Assembly (NCBI GenBank): GCA_000004985.1
Contig: GG738896.1
DNA length: 64,000 bases
Direction: 5' to 3' (one strand)
Source of the DNA: Naegleria gruberi
Lineage: Eukaryota
Shown here: piece after piece, positions 1 to 11,862 of the stretch
How positions within the stretch are numbered: position 1 is the stretch's first letter
How the letters are laid out: every line of letters starts with the position of its first letter
Made by a program: the position numbers and the translations under genes
The notes under the pieces: generated by a model
Told to the model about the DNA's origin: nothing
The model's input: only the letters and a program-made list of their open reading frames with translations
The model's database searches: none

Positions 1-510
1 ACAAATAAAGTAATAAGTGTTATAATTAGTCAAGATTTTATTAAATCAATTATAGAAGGTCCTATTTATGATTTGGAAATATTTAAAATTATTAATTTAT
101 TATTTGATGAATTATATTTAAATTATTTTGATAAATATAGTAATAATATATTTAATAATATTTCACATAATCCTAATGATTTAATTTCTAAAAATAATTA
201 TAATAAAATATTAAATATTTTAATATGTTGTACTGATAATAATTTTAAAAAACAAAATTTAATGTATAATTTAATTAAATTTCATTTAAATTATTGTAAA
301 TATAAATTTGGATATATTCAATCAAATTTAGAATGTTCAAATGAATATTCTAAAAATTTATTTTTAAAATTTAATTATGAAATTAAATCAATTGTTAATT
401 ATAATAATTTTAATTATCAAAATGAAAATGATGAATTAATTTATCCATTAAAAAATAAAATTGAATATCCACATGAAAATATTTATTTACTTTGGAATTA
501 TAATATTTAA
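1..510 (+). CDS. 3' end of a protein-coding gene (partial; N/K/Y-rich hypothetical protein)
   Basis: The reading frame is open from window base 1 to the stop at 510. The amino-acid composition is mixed (C, H, W, P, E present) despite extreme AT richness. No homology was recognised. Confidence 0.3.
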   Translation, partial: TNKVISVIISQDFIKSIIEGPIYDLEIFKIINLLFDELYLNYFDKYSNNIFNNISHNPNDLISKNNYNKILNILICCTDNNFKKQNLMYNLIKFHLNYCKYKFGYIQSNLECSNEYSKNLFLKFNYEIKSIVNYNNFNYQNENDELIYPLKNKIEYPHENIYLLWNYNI

Positions 511-599
511 TATAAATTAATATAAATTAAAATAAATATTTAATAAAATTAATATTTAAATATTTAATATAAAAATAATAATTTATTTTTCAAATAAAA

Positions 600-1295
600 T
601 TAACATAAATTAGGATTAAAACCAACAGGTTCAGATAAAATAACTTCTTCAAAAGTTAAAGCTTGTAAATAAACTTGTAAATTTAATTTAAAACATTGAG
701 GTGATTGAGAATGGAAATGAACATTATTAATTCTTAAACATAAACCAACTTTATAAAAAATATCAGCACAAATAGGTGGAATTAAATCACCTAATGTAAA
801 TGTATGTTGATATATCATTTCATTATTTGCTTTCATTATAATATTAGCTGTGTGTTGATTTAAATTAATTGATAAAATAGTTTCAGCTTTACCATATAAA
901 TTTTGTGATAAAATCTTTTTAGAAATTTCAAATGAACATTTAAATTTCTTTACATCTTGTTGACTATTATCATATGCACAATTAGCTGATACTCCTCTCA
1001 TTCTATTAGAATATTGTCCATTTGATGTTGTTATTGTTGTAATATTATTATTATTAGCAATAAGATGATGATTATGAGGCTTATTATTGTTACTTGATAA
1101 TAAAATTAAAGGTGAAATAAATGCTCTTTTACCAAGTGCTTCAATTCTTAATTTTGGATTGGATATTGTTTGAACATTATCAACAATTAATAAACCATTA
1201 TTATTATTATTATTAGTGGTACTACTAGTTACACCTGTTATTACTGCTAATATAGTGACAGTAAATATTAAGGTAATAAGAGTGATTGTATTCAT
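600..1295 (-). CDS. secreted cysteine-containing hypothetical protein (cleavable signal peptide)
   Basis: 231-aa ORF. The N-terminus MNTITLITLIFTVTILAVITGVTSS is a typical signal peptide. Six Cys residues lie in the C-terminal half. No family was recognised. Confidence 0.45.
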   Translation of the reverse strand: MNTITLITLIFTVTILAVITGVTSSTTNNNNNNGLLIVDNVQTISNPKLRIEALGKRAFISPLILLSSNNNKPHNHHLIANNNNITTITTSNGQYSNRMRGVSANCAYDNSQQDVKKFKCSFEISKKILSQNLYGKAETILSINLNQHTANIIMKANNEMIYQHTFTLGDLIPPICADIFYKVGLCLRINNVHFHSQSPQCFKLNLQVYLQALTFEEVILSEPVGFNPNLC

Positions 1296-1369
1296 ATTTT
1301 TTTAAGGATGATATCTTCAGAAAATGTGAGATATTTCTTTGGACTTTTTGATTTTTATTGCAATTATGA

Positions 1370-2875
1370 TCAATGTTTTTGTTTTTTATATGGATTTTCA
1401 TTCTCCTTCTCGGACTTTCGCTTGGTTTTGTCATTTTCGTCTGTGAGAGTACTGGTAGAATTAAAGATTTGATCATAATCAAATGTGTCAATACTTGGGT
1501 TCAATCCAATTATTTGCAGGCATTGTTCTGCAGATGGTCTACTTTTTCTTTCAATTTTAATCATCTCTTTTATCAATTCATGTAATTTGATGTGAACAAT
1601 ATCAAAATACTCTTCTTTAACTCTGGGATTTGTTATTTTTGATAATAGTGCATGTTTTTCAAGTAACCTTCCCAATAAAATCTCCATAAAAACCTTTCCC
1701 AATGAATAAATATCAGATTTTGGATGAATACAATGATCTTGACCTTTTCCTTTTTCAGGTGGATTATAGAAATATGTACCACTAGTTGATTGTAATAACT
1801 CATCATGAACATCATATGCCAAATCATCAGTTACAGTTAAAAAGCTCTTTGATAATTCAAAATCAATAAACTTAGCTCTATTTCTGAAAATAACAATATT
1901 ATTTGGTTTAATATCATTGTGTATTACCTTCTGTTCATGTAAATGTTTCAATTCACTCAATAATTGTATAATTAATTCTAATTTAGATATATTAAACCTA
2001 GCAGAAATATTGTCCACTTTCAACACTTCTCCTGCAAGAGATAACTCAAATTTACAACCTAATATTCTGTCACCCTCTCTTGTTGTCACTTTTTCTTGAT
2101 TGAAACATAGTGAACAAAAAGTATTACTTAAACTCTCAGAGTGTTTCAAAATCTTTACATAATAAGATACATTTTCATTGTTTGATGATACTGCTACAAA
2201 TAACTGCTTGTAATGTAAATTTACATGTATATTTGATAGAGTTATTAGAATATTATCTTGTCCTTTCATGAATATTAATTGATCATTTACCTTATAATCA
2301 AGTTTAGAATCTATCATATGAGACTTTTTAAGAGTAGAAAAAGAAGCAACATCATTTAAGGAGCATTGTATAATGTTAGATAGTATTTTCTCCTCCTCAC
2401 TCAGTGCATATTGTGAAGCTGTCATTATGAAAGAAAACAATAAATGATTCTTGTCTTGTTCATTTTCGTTTTTTACATCAAGAGGAAAGGTTCCAATGTT
2501 AAGTAACGTGTATTGAAAAGTTGTTGGGTTAGAATCATTCACTAAAATTTCTGTTCTATTATTTGGGAAACCTTTAATTCCAATAATACGAACAAATTTC
2601 TCATCTTTTAAAAAGAAGTATGTTACAAGTATTTTGACATTCTCCATAATTGAATATTCTATTTTTGGGTTTAAATTTATCATGGTAGAGCTATGGATAA
2701 CCCTTAATATGGTAATTGCTTTAACTAGATCAGTAATGTGAGTACTATCATGTTTAGTTGTGTCTTCAATAAAGTTTAATCTTTTGAATTTTCTATCTTC
2801 GTAGTTGTAATTCATTGTTTCTATGGCAGATATTTCATTTGATGGACCAATTAAGGAACTAAGCAGACCAAACAC
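1370..2875 (-). CDS. divergent protein kinase-like protein (atypical catalytic motifs)
   Basis: 501-aa ORF. The C-terminal half has a kinase catalytic loop VIHNDIKPNNIV (HRD replaced by HND), DFELSK in place of DFG, and a PPE (APE-like) motif followed by SDIYSLGKVFMEILLG. No GxGxxG glycine loop is present. A VKILK beta3-like lysine is present. Confidence 0.6.
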   Translation of the reverse strand: MFGLLSSLIGPSNEISAIETMNYNYEDRKFKRLNFIEDTTKHDSTHITDLVKAITILRVIHSSTMINLNPKIEYSIMENVKILVTYFFLKDEKFVRIIGIKGFPNNRTEILVNDSNPTTFQYTLLNIGTFPLDVKNENEQDKNHLLFSFIMTASQYALSEEEKILSNIIQCSLNDVASFSTLKKSHMIDSKLDYKVNDQLIFMKGQDNILITLSNIHVNLHYKQLFVAVSSNNENVSYYVKILKHSESLSNTFCSLCFNQEKVTTREGDRILGCKFELSLAGEVLKVDNISARFNISKLELIIQLLSELKHLHEQKVIHNDIKPNNIVIFRNRAKFIDFELSKSFLTVTDDLAYDVHDELLQSTSGTYFYNPPEKGKGQDHCIHPKSDIYSLGKVFMEILLGRLLEKHALLSKITNPRVKEEYFDIVHIKLHELIKEMIKIERKSRPSAEQCLQIIGLNPSIDTFDYDQIFNSTSTLTDENDKTKRKSEKENENPYKKQKH

Positions 2876-2972
2876 TTCTTCAGAAAATGGCTCTTGTGGG
2901 AAATGATTAAACGTATTTATACTGATATTTCTATATTAAATAACTAAACAGTTTCTGTTGTTGAATATATAC

Positions 2973-3446
2973 TTACTCGTTTCGTTTAAAATTAAATAAG
3001 CTTGTTAGTTGTAATAATTTTGTAAACTTGTTATCAACACTCTTTAATGTATTAGATTTTGGATTAGTGAAACATGAAATTAATTGCAATACTGTTTCTG
3101 GAGATATTGGTAAATCGAATCTATCCAACAATGTTATTGTTGTTGAAGTTATACCATTTCCAACTTCTTCCCCCATCACAATATTATCAACCAATTTATC
3201 AATTTCATTTCTAAACTCTTTAATGATGAATACATGTTCTTTAGCAGCTGAAAGACATACATCAACTTCATCGGAAAACTCAATATCCAATATTCTAGAT
3301 ACAGCTAGCAACTTTCGTTTCTCTACTAAATTGTTTGTACACCACGACTTTGGAAGTGTAAATGTGGCTAATTGTTCCTTAATGTTTTCGGGTGAAAAGG
3401 ATTTCTCGAATAAACTCATAAATTTGTCATCAAACTCTTGAGCCAT
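2973..3446 (-). CDS. hypothetical protein (157 aa, acidic, globular-looking)
   Basis: Clean ORF starting MAQEFDDKFMSLFEK. No family was recognised. Confidence 0.5.
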   Translation of the reverse strand: MAQEFDDKFMSLFEKSFSPENIKEQLATFTLPKSWCTNNLVEKRKLLAVSRILDIEFSDEVDVCLSAAKEHVFIIKEFRNEIDKLVDNIVMGEEVGNGITSTTITLLDRFDLPISPETVLQLISCFTNPKSNTLKSVDNKFTKLLQLTSLFNFKRNE

Positions 3447-3594
3447 TTTTTTTTAAAATAAAGTGTTTGCCTTAATTTCCAAATTGCCAAACCTTCTCTG
3501 AAATTTCTACTAGTGTTAAATTCTTGAGCTTTAGCATGTTGACTTGATAAAGAAAACCACGTTTTTTCTGAAATTCCTGCTCAAGAATTTAACA

Positions 3595-4499
3595 CTAGTA
3601 GAGTGTGACCTTAGCACTCTTTGTGTTGGATGGAGAGGCACCATTAGCATTTACATTTACAACTTGAGAAAGAGGTGGAGGTGGTGGAGCAGTTGTACTC
3701 TTCTTTTCCTTCGTTTGTTTGATTGCATTTTCGAGACCAACCTCCTTTTCCAATTGAGAAAATTCTTCCAATTCTTTGAATTTTTCAACATCTGGCAAAT
3801 CAATAGTTGCTTCTTCTTCTAATTTTGCCAAAATATCTGAATGCTTGATGGTTTGTTGAGAAGGACGTCTTGAAACCTTCTTTGGTTTGGAACTCAACTT
3901 TCTTTGAATGAGTTGGTTATTAGATTGTTGAATTACCTCTTGAGTTGAAGCGACTGGAGTAGTGATAGTACTAGATGTAACTTCCTTCTTATTGTTTGCA
4001 TCTTCCTTACTACTTGGTTTGATTAAGGAATTGTATGCATTTCCAGAAAAGTTTCTAAACTTCTTCATCTTTAAACGTTCTACAATGAGTCCTGAAATTT
4101 CAGCAGGTTTTGATTGCTTTTCTGGTGTTGCAGTAGTTGTTGGTTGAGTGGCAACATTGTTAGTAATTACTTTGTCGATTTTGGAGTAAGTTTAGTTGTA
4201 GCAACTGGCTCTTTGACAGGTTTAGGAGGTGATTGGATGACAGTTTCATTTGGAATCTTCTTTGTTTCTTCAATAATTGGATTGATTGGTTTGGTGATGA
4301 CAGGTTTGTTATCTTGTTCTGCGGGTTTCTTTTCAACAATTGGTGTTGGCTCACTGATGACAACTTTAGGTTTGATGATGACAACCATTGGAGATTCTTG
4401 TTCTAGCTGGTTCCAAGTCAACTTTAGAAGAAGTTCTGTTTTGTGTTTCTTGAAAATACAATGTAATTTATAACCTAAGAAGCTATCACCATAATTCAT
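3595..4499 (-). CDS. hypothetical Pro/Lys-rich protein, 2 exons
   Basis: Exons: 4499..4171 and 4121..3595 (minus strand). The 49-nt intron 4122-4170 has a GTAATT donor and a CAG acceptor. It restores the frame between the two six-frame ORFs (…TPKSTK | KQSKPAEISGLIVERLKMKKFRNF…). Confidence 0.5.
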
Positions 4500-5633
4500 G
4501 AAGAAGTAATAAAGTTGAGAAATAACAATAATATTGTGTTATTATAATACTAGTATCTGCACGACAACATTTAACAGTTCAAAAAAGCAGAAATATGTTA
4601 TATACCGAAATTTTGAATTAGGGTAATTTAACGAATTTATAACGTTGGAATACAATAACTATACGTTATCCAATACTTGTACTTACGTTAGAATATTATC
4701 ATATGTTTTTATTACATGCACAACTACTGCGAACAAACAACTGGTAATAACAATACACATATTGGCCCAGTGTAAGTAGCGCTACACAATGGTTAAGTCT
4801 AGAACATATGTTGACATAATCCTTTGTTCAAATACACTAGGATCCTTTATAGTGATATAATATGTTTGGTGCTCTGTTACATGCAAAGGTGTTAAATACT
4901 TTAGATAGCCCACAACCTTTGTTAATTCTAGTACCCAGAGTTTACCAGGGTTAATAGTGTATAAGGTATTACTACTTGAACACCAAATACTATTTACACA
5001 AAATGCAACCTATTTATCCAATTTGGTATCTTTCCTTTTACATTGTATTTATTGGTTGAAATTTAACTATCTTGGAGGAAACGTTGTTCGGAAGATTTTT
5101 GACTTTCAAATGGACTACTCTGTGGTGGGTGTTACACAATACTGTAGTGCAGGGCCAAGCCTTGTTCAATACAGCCACCCAGTCTACAGTATTTCTAAAC
5201 AAAACACTATGTTTGTTGAAAATTCTTATTCTAATTTCATTCTATAATATCAATTCCAAGAAAAAACGAGACAATGACGGATCCAAAATTACTTATTACT
5301 AATATCAATACCAGCCTTTCTCAATTCAAACAAGTAACCCAATCTTGTATGATAAATAAATTCCAAAGCTTTGTATCATTCCACATATTGAGATATGAGT
5401 TTCCTCCAAACCCTAAGTGAGCTTTCACATATGTCTGTGGCATCATTAACTGTTGTAGGCCGAGCAATATTATCTATGCCCATGAAACACTTTCCTAAGG
5501 TCTCTTAAACATTCACTTAGAATTACAATATTAGCAGTTCATTCGAAAATGAAAGCAGCTTGAAGAAGAGGAAGAAACATAATTCGTCTTGAATTTTATT
5601 TAAAACTCTTGGAAATTCAAGTAATAATAATAA

Positions 5634-7569
5634 TTAATTTCTCTTATTTGGTTTAATTTTCATTGATTTAAAATATTGTACAACTTGAGAAGGTATTTCC
5701 ATTAAAGTTTCTCTAGCTAATAAATGATAATTTTGATAATTAAATTTACGAAATGGTACAAATTGTACAATATCTCTAATTGAAATTTCATTTCCGTTTG
5801 ATAATCTTTTATCATCACCATCTAATAAATGCATTTGTGAAAAATCAGCAGAACCAACACCAACAATAACAACACTTAATGGATATTTAGATGCTTTAAC
5901 TAATTCCTTAATTGTATCTGGTAAATCTGTAATTTCACCATCTGTTAATATTAATAATATTAAATATTTTTGATTATTTTGAGATTGTTCAACACTTAAT
6001 TGTGATGCATAGGCAATAGCTGTTTGAATTGTTGGTGAAAAATTAGTTGGTCCATATAATTCTATTTTAATTAAATATTAAAGTAATAAATATTATTAAA
6101 ATTGTTAAAATTATTAAATAAATAATTGAAACATACGAACAGTATTTAAAGCTAATCTATATGATTGTAAAATACCATCTACACCTACACAATTAGGATT
6201 AGATGGATTACCATTTAATGCAAAACAATGACTAATATCACCTGTTGGTAATTTTGCACCAAATCCAAATGCTATTAAAATTAAATAAATTAAATTAAAT
6301 AAATATAATAAAATAAAAATATAATTTAATATAAATATAAATATAAATATTAAATAATAAAATAAAAATTTCAACATACATGGAAATAATTTATCATTAT
6401 CATAATAAGATAAAATATCAGTAATAGATTTAATTGCCATTTCATATTCATTAAATTTACCACCAAAATGTAAAGATGATTGATCAGTTGGATTTCCATT
6501 TGAAGCAGTAAAATCAATTGAAACAATTAAAGAAACTTCTAATCCACCTGATAAATAATCTATAAATGTATATTCTTCTTCTTTTGGTTCAATTAATAAT
6601 GTTTTTACTTGTATTTTACCTGTTACTTTCTTTTTATCATCATTTAATATTAAATTATTATTTTTTAATTCTTTTAATTCTTTAATTGTAAAATTTGTAT
6701 ATCCAATCTATATTTTTTATTAAAAATATATTAAAATATATTAAAATATATAAATTAAAATATTAAAAATAAAAATATTATAATAAAAAATAAAAAAAAA
6801 AACCTACCAAATCTGGATCAGAATGTTTATCCCAATCATAAATAGTTAATATTAATTGTAAATTTTCATCTAAATTACATAATTTAAACATTGAAATTGT
6901 AAATGGATTAAATATTGGATTTAAATTATTCATTATAATTTCAGATTTATATAAATCAATTAATTTTCCATTTACATTTCTAGAAATTATAAAAAATGGA
7001 TCACTCTTTCCAAATAAATCTTTTTTAGCTAAATTTTTACCTTCTATTTGTAAAGTTAAATTAAAATCTCTAATTTTAGATATTTCTTCTGCTCTAATAG
7101 TAATAGTACCACCATTTTGAGAATTACCATATTTATCTAATAAAGGTACATTTATAGTAGAATTAGGTTTACTAACAATATCAGATATTTTTAATTCACA
7201 TTTACCTAAAAAATCATCATCATTTAAAGTAGATGATTCATTATCAACATCATAAATAAAAAATTGAATTGGTTGAATTTCTTCAAATTTATAATTTACT
7301 ATAAATGTTTTAATAAAAGAAGGATTTAAATTATTTTTTTGAATTTCAGTTCTACCAATTTCAATATAATTATATATATTATTTGAAGTAGATGAAGTAG
7401 TAGTAGTAGAATTAGTAGTAGAATTGATAGATTGTTTTTCACCTAATTTAACTAATGCTAATGGATCTGATTTACTTAAAATATCTTTATTTTTTAAATT
7501 AGAACATGATATAAATAATTCTAATTTAGTTTGTGGTGTTGATGATGAAAGTACATTAAATGGATCCAT
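5634..7569 (-). CDS. copine (two N-terminal C2 domains plus C-terminal vWA-like A domain), 4 exons
   Basis: Exons on minus strand: 7569..6808, 6707..6380, 6271..6137, 6061..5634. Introns of 100, 108 and 75 nt. C2 motifs include DWDKHSDPDL|IG. The A domain matches the copine consensus (KLFP.FGFGAKLP, QLYGPTNFSPTI, ILLILTDGEITD, VIVGVGSADFSQMHLLDGDD). Confidence 0.85.
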
Positions 7570-7930
7570 TATTATTATTATTAATAGTTTGTTATATTAA
7601 TTATATTAATTATATTAATTTAAATAGATTACACAATTTTATAGAGATGATCAAAGAGAGATAATATCACAACAACAATATAGTGTGTAGTGATGATGTT
7701 TTTTTTGATTGCTTTTTAAAAACCGTTGCCATGATGATGACTTTGTGATGGTGTGATGACTTTTTCCATTGGGTTCATTAATAGATAACATGAACTTTTG
7801 ACAAGAGAAGGGCGACCCAATCCCATTAATCACTGCATCATATCAATACCATTAAATAATACAATAAATAATATTTATTTAAATTAATAAATTATTATAA
7901 TACACACAATTTACAAATAATATTAAATTA

Positions 7931-9408
7931 TTATTCTTGTTGTTGTTGTTGTTGTTGTTGTTCAATATTATTATTATTAAATAAAGTAGGATCTCTAATA
8001 ATTTGTCTTTTAAAAGTAGGTTTAGTAAATTCAGTTAATTCTCTAGCATAGATTTCATATCTAGAAGTGGATTGAAACATCCATCTATCTTTAACTTGTC
8101 TATTTAAATTTAAATCAATTTCAGTAACTAGTAAACCATCACCTAATCTAGTTAATTCAGGTGATCTACTTGCATCAGGTGCACTAACATATGATGATCC
8201 ATAGAAATGTCCAAAATCTTTATGTGCTTTTTTACCATCAGCTGATGTAAATTCATTTGGAAATACTTCTGTACCAACTCTATTAATACTTGCTACAAAA
8301 TAACTATTAGCAATAGCTGCATTTCTTGCTTCTATTTTAATATTAAATATAAATTAAATTAAAATATAAATTAAATATAAATATATTAAATAATATAAAT
8401 ATAAATTAAATAAATAAATAAAAAACATACCAATTGACCACATAGGTTCAGATAAAGTACCAACAGTAGCAGAAGGATTAAAAACAATTTCAGCACCATT
8501 TAAACCATAAGATTGCCAATTTAAAGGAATATGTCTACCATAACAAATATTAATACCAATTCTACCAAAATCAGTTTCAAAAACAGGATGACCTAAATTA
8601 CCTTCCAAATAATAAGTTGCTTCATTAAAATCTCCAACACGTGGTATATGATTCTTTCTAACTTTACCAATATAATTACCTCTATTACCAATTACAACTG
8701 CTGTATTCCAAATTACATCATTATGTTCTGAATCTCTTTCTAAAATTGATGATACAATTACCATATTATATTTTTTAGCTAATTTAGATAAAAATTGTGT
8801 TGAACGTCCTGTTTCTGCTTCTTCAGAAAATTCCATCCATGGCTATATTAAATTATTATTATTATTTTTATATTAAATATTAAATATATTAAAATAAATA
8901 TTAAATAGTAAATATATTAAAATAAATAAAAAATATTAAATATATTAAATAAAATAATATAAAAAAAACCTACTTGTTTTTCTCTTGTACAAAAAGCAAA
9001 TGGCATTGTCCATGCTTCTTGTAAACCAATAACATTAACACCCATTAAATAGGCAGAATCAATAATTTTTTCAATTTTAGATTCAATTGCCTTATATTGT
9101 ACATCAATTGGTTCAGTTGTATTGGTTACAATAGAATTTTGTATTAAACCTAATTTAACAATACGTGGTTTTCTAGATTGTTCTAATTGAACATTATCAA
9201 TCATTGAATAAGCTCTAACTTCAAAATTATGTTCAATTGCTTGTTCTTTTACTTGTTTTGGAATTGGAAGTGATTTCCATTCATTACCATATAAAATACG
9301 ACGAACTTGTGAAAAGGTTTCTTGTGGAAGGTGTTGTTTTAATGCATCATATACTGTTGAAAGTGATGTCATTGGATCATTTGGTTTAATATGTTGATTA
9401 TTTTCCAT
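7931..9408 (-). CDS. pyd3: beta-ureidopropionase (beta-alanine synthase, nitrilase/CN-hydrolase superfamily), 3 exons
   Basis: Exons on minus strand: 9408..8974, 8842..8431, 8331..7931. Introns of 131 and 99 nt, with GTAGGT and GTATGT donors. The alignment to human UPB1 is near-colinear: [20 protein letters not shown]|[95 protein letters not shown]. The start was chosen at MENNQ… (9408). The ORF extends further upstream to 9549. Confidence 0.9.
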
Positions 9409-10150
9409 ACGAATTAATACTTCTTCACTTTTTACAATCATCATATTATTACATTGTAATGTTATTGTTAGAATACATAATAATAACATATTAAATACTA
9501 CTACCATAGTTGTAGTAGTAGTAGACTTATGTTTAGTGATCAAATTCATCTTGATTATATGAGTTTGATCAGTGAATGATGGCTTGATGATTTTTTTTTT
9601 GTAAATTTAATTTCAGTTCATTTGAGAGATGTGATCGACGACGACGGATCACACAACAAGTCTTCAGATGATCGATCACAACAACAACATCACAGGAGAT
9701 GGGATCATGAACTCTACGCAATGATAACATCCAATCAAATAATGCAATTGTAAACTAGTTGTATTTCACACATACATGTTTTAAATATTTATATTTCACA
9801 TAATATTATGCATTGCAGTAGGTTGTATAAATGATGATGCATGTATTTATTATTGATTTGATCAGACATGTACAACTGTAGTGTAATACATTACAAATAT
9901 AGTCATGGTGGTAAAGAAATAAAGATCATACCTTATTAGAGTTCTATTATCATATTGAACTTACTCATCAAAATCTCTTATACATCAAGTTGCATCCTAA
10001 CATTTTAATCTCCAACATGTTTTGCTCAGTTGAATTTTAAATTCAAATTTGAACTACTAGTATTATCATTTTTGAATTAGAACATATTTATTAAACTATT
10101 TATTAATATATATATATTTAGTATATGATAGAGAGAATAAAATAATTTAA

Positions 10151-10690
10151 TTAAAAATTATTTTTCCACATCATACTACCAACAGGTTGATTTGATTGAG
10201 CATTATATTTAGCATTTGATTTTTTACAATAAGGTACTAAAATAGTATCCTTATTAACAGGGAAATAAATTAATTGACCAATTGGCATTCCCTTATATAC
10301 TCTTGTAGGTTTGACACAATTAATTTCCAATGTCCAAGTACCTTGAAAACCAACATCACCTTTACCAGCAGTAGCATGAATAGAAATACCCAATCTACCT
10401 GTACTACTTTTACCTTCTAAAAATGGTACATGTTCATGTGTTTCTGTATATTCTTCTGTTACTCCTAAATATAATTCACCTGGTTGAAGAATATAACCTT
10501 CATCTGGTATATCAAATAATTCAATTTCATTATTCTTTTTAGCATCTAGAATTTCATCTTTATAAATTGCTAATTTACTACCAAGATGAACATCATAGGA
10601 ATTGGAGCCTAAATTCTTTCTATCATACGGTTCAATAATGATCGTCTTTTTTTCAATTTCTTTTAAAATTTCTCCATCTGTTAATATCAT
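10151..10690 (-). CDS. dcd: dCTP deaminase (bacterial-type dCTP deaminase/dUTPase-fold)
   Basis: Single-exon 179-aa ORF. The N-terminus MILTDGEIL and the motif GRLGISIHATAGKGDVGFQGTWTLEINCVKPTRVYKGMPIGQLIYF match the dcd family consensus. Confidence 0.8.
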   Translation of the reverse strand: MILTDGEILKEIEKKTIIIEPYDRKNLGSNSYDVHLGSKLAIYKDEILDAKKNNEIELFDIPDEGYILQPGELYLGVTEEYTETHEHVPFLEGKSSTGRLGISIHATAGKGDVGFQGTWTLEINCVKPTRVYKGMPIGQLIYFPVNKDTILVPYCKKSNAKYNAQSNQPVGSMMWKNNF

Positions 10691-11002
10691 TTTAATGATG
10701 TTTATTTAAATAGATTGGTGTGTGATGATTAAATTTATTATCAAAGCTCTAGAGATGGTAATTAGTTCTTCTCTGTTTTTTTTTTTCTAGTTTTTTAAAA
10801 TTGAGTGTATAACGCATGTTGGTGAGAAAATTGGCGCCAATCAATCCTCCTACTCATATCAATTTGAATCTTCCTCTCCATTCATCACACAATAATTTTA
10901 ATGTAAAACTTGTTTAATAAATCATCACATATTAAACGGATAACATCACAACAACATCATCGGAGTAACTCTAATAATAATAACAAACTCTCTAATTAAA
11001 AA

Positions 11003-11689
11003 ATGTCTTCATTTAATACACAATCATCTTCATCACCTCCACTTCAACAACCACAATTATCATCATCATTAAATAATACTAATACTAATACGAATACTAA
11101 TAATAATAATACAATACCAAATAATTCATCATCTCAAACATTACAACAAACTCCATCCATGTCCTCAATATCATATTATTCATCTCCTTTAAATTCACCA
11201 CAACAACAACAACAACAACAATCAAATAATTTATTAACAAATAATTTATTACAACAATCATTTCAATCTCCAAATAATAATTCTACTATAAATAATAATT
11301 CTACTATAAATAGTAGTAATAATAATAATTTAAATAATTTTGATGTAATTGGATTTTCAGAAGAAGAATTAAAATCAATTGATCAAACATTTTCAATTGG
11401 AGCAATGAATGCATTTGGAATGAAACAAAGTGAAAATGAAATTTTAAATTTAATTGACCAAATTAGTACATTACAAGTTAGATCATTTTTAGGATCAATG
11501 GAAATTGAATTAAAACATCAAAATTTATTAAATAATAATTTTGATAATTTTCAATCAGTTTCACAATTATTTCAAGAAAAGGAAAAATCAATTTCAAATT
11601 TAGTTAAAGATTTAAAAATTATTACAAGATCTATAAATGATATTAATCAAAAAATACATCAATCTAATAATAATAATAGTAATAATTAA
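11003..11689 (+). CDS. hypothetical Q/N/S-rich low-complexity protein with C-terminal coiled-coil-like region
   Basis: 228-aa ORF with poly-Q and N-rich tracts. Confidence 0.45.
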   Translation: MSSFNTQSSSSPPLQQPQLSSSLNNTNTNTNTNNNNTIPNNSSSQTLQQTPSMSSISYYSSPLNSPQQQQQQQSNNLLTNNLLQQSFQSPNNNSTINNNSTINSSNNNNLNNFDVIGFSEEELKSIDQTFSIGAMNAFGMKQSENEILNLIDQISTLQVRSFLGSMEIELKHQNLLNNNFDNFQSVSQLFQEKEKSISNLVKDLKIITRSINDINQKIHQSNNNNSNN

Positions 11690-11862
11690 TATTAGTTAAT
11701 ATTTTTTTGTAAATAAATGTAAATAGTTACGATAATAACAATTCATTTTTTAAAAAGAAATTTAAAATTTTTGTACAAAATTTAAAAATGTTTTATTTAC
11801 ATTGTTTAATAATACTTGTTACACTCTCAAAATTAACAAGTATATATTTGGTAAAATGACTA

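Noticed and set aside
3028-3441. 137-aa plus-strand ORF
   Set aside because: It lies antisense to, and fully inside, the more protein-like 157-aa minus-strand ORF.
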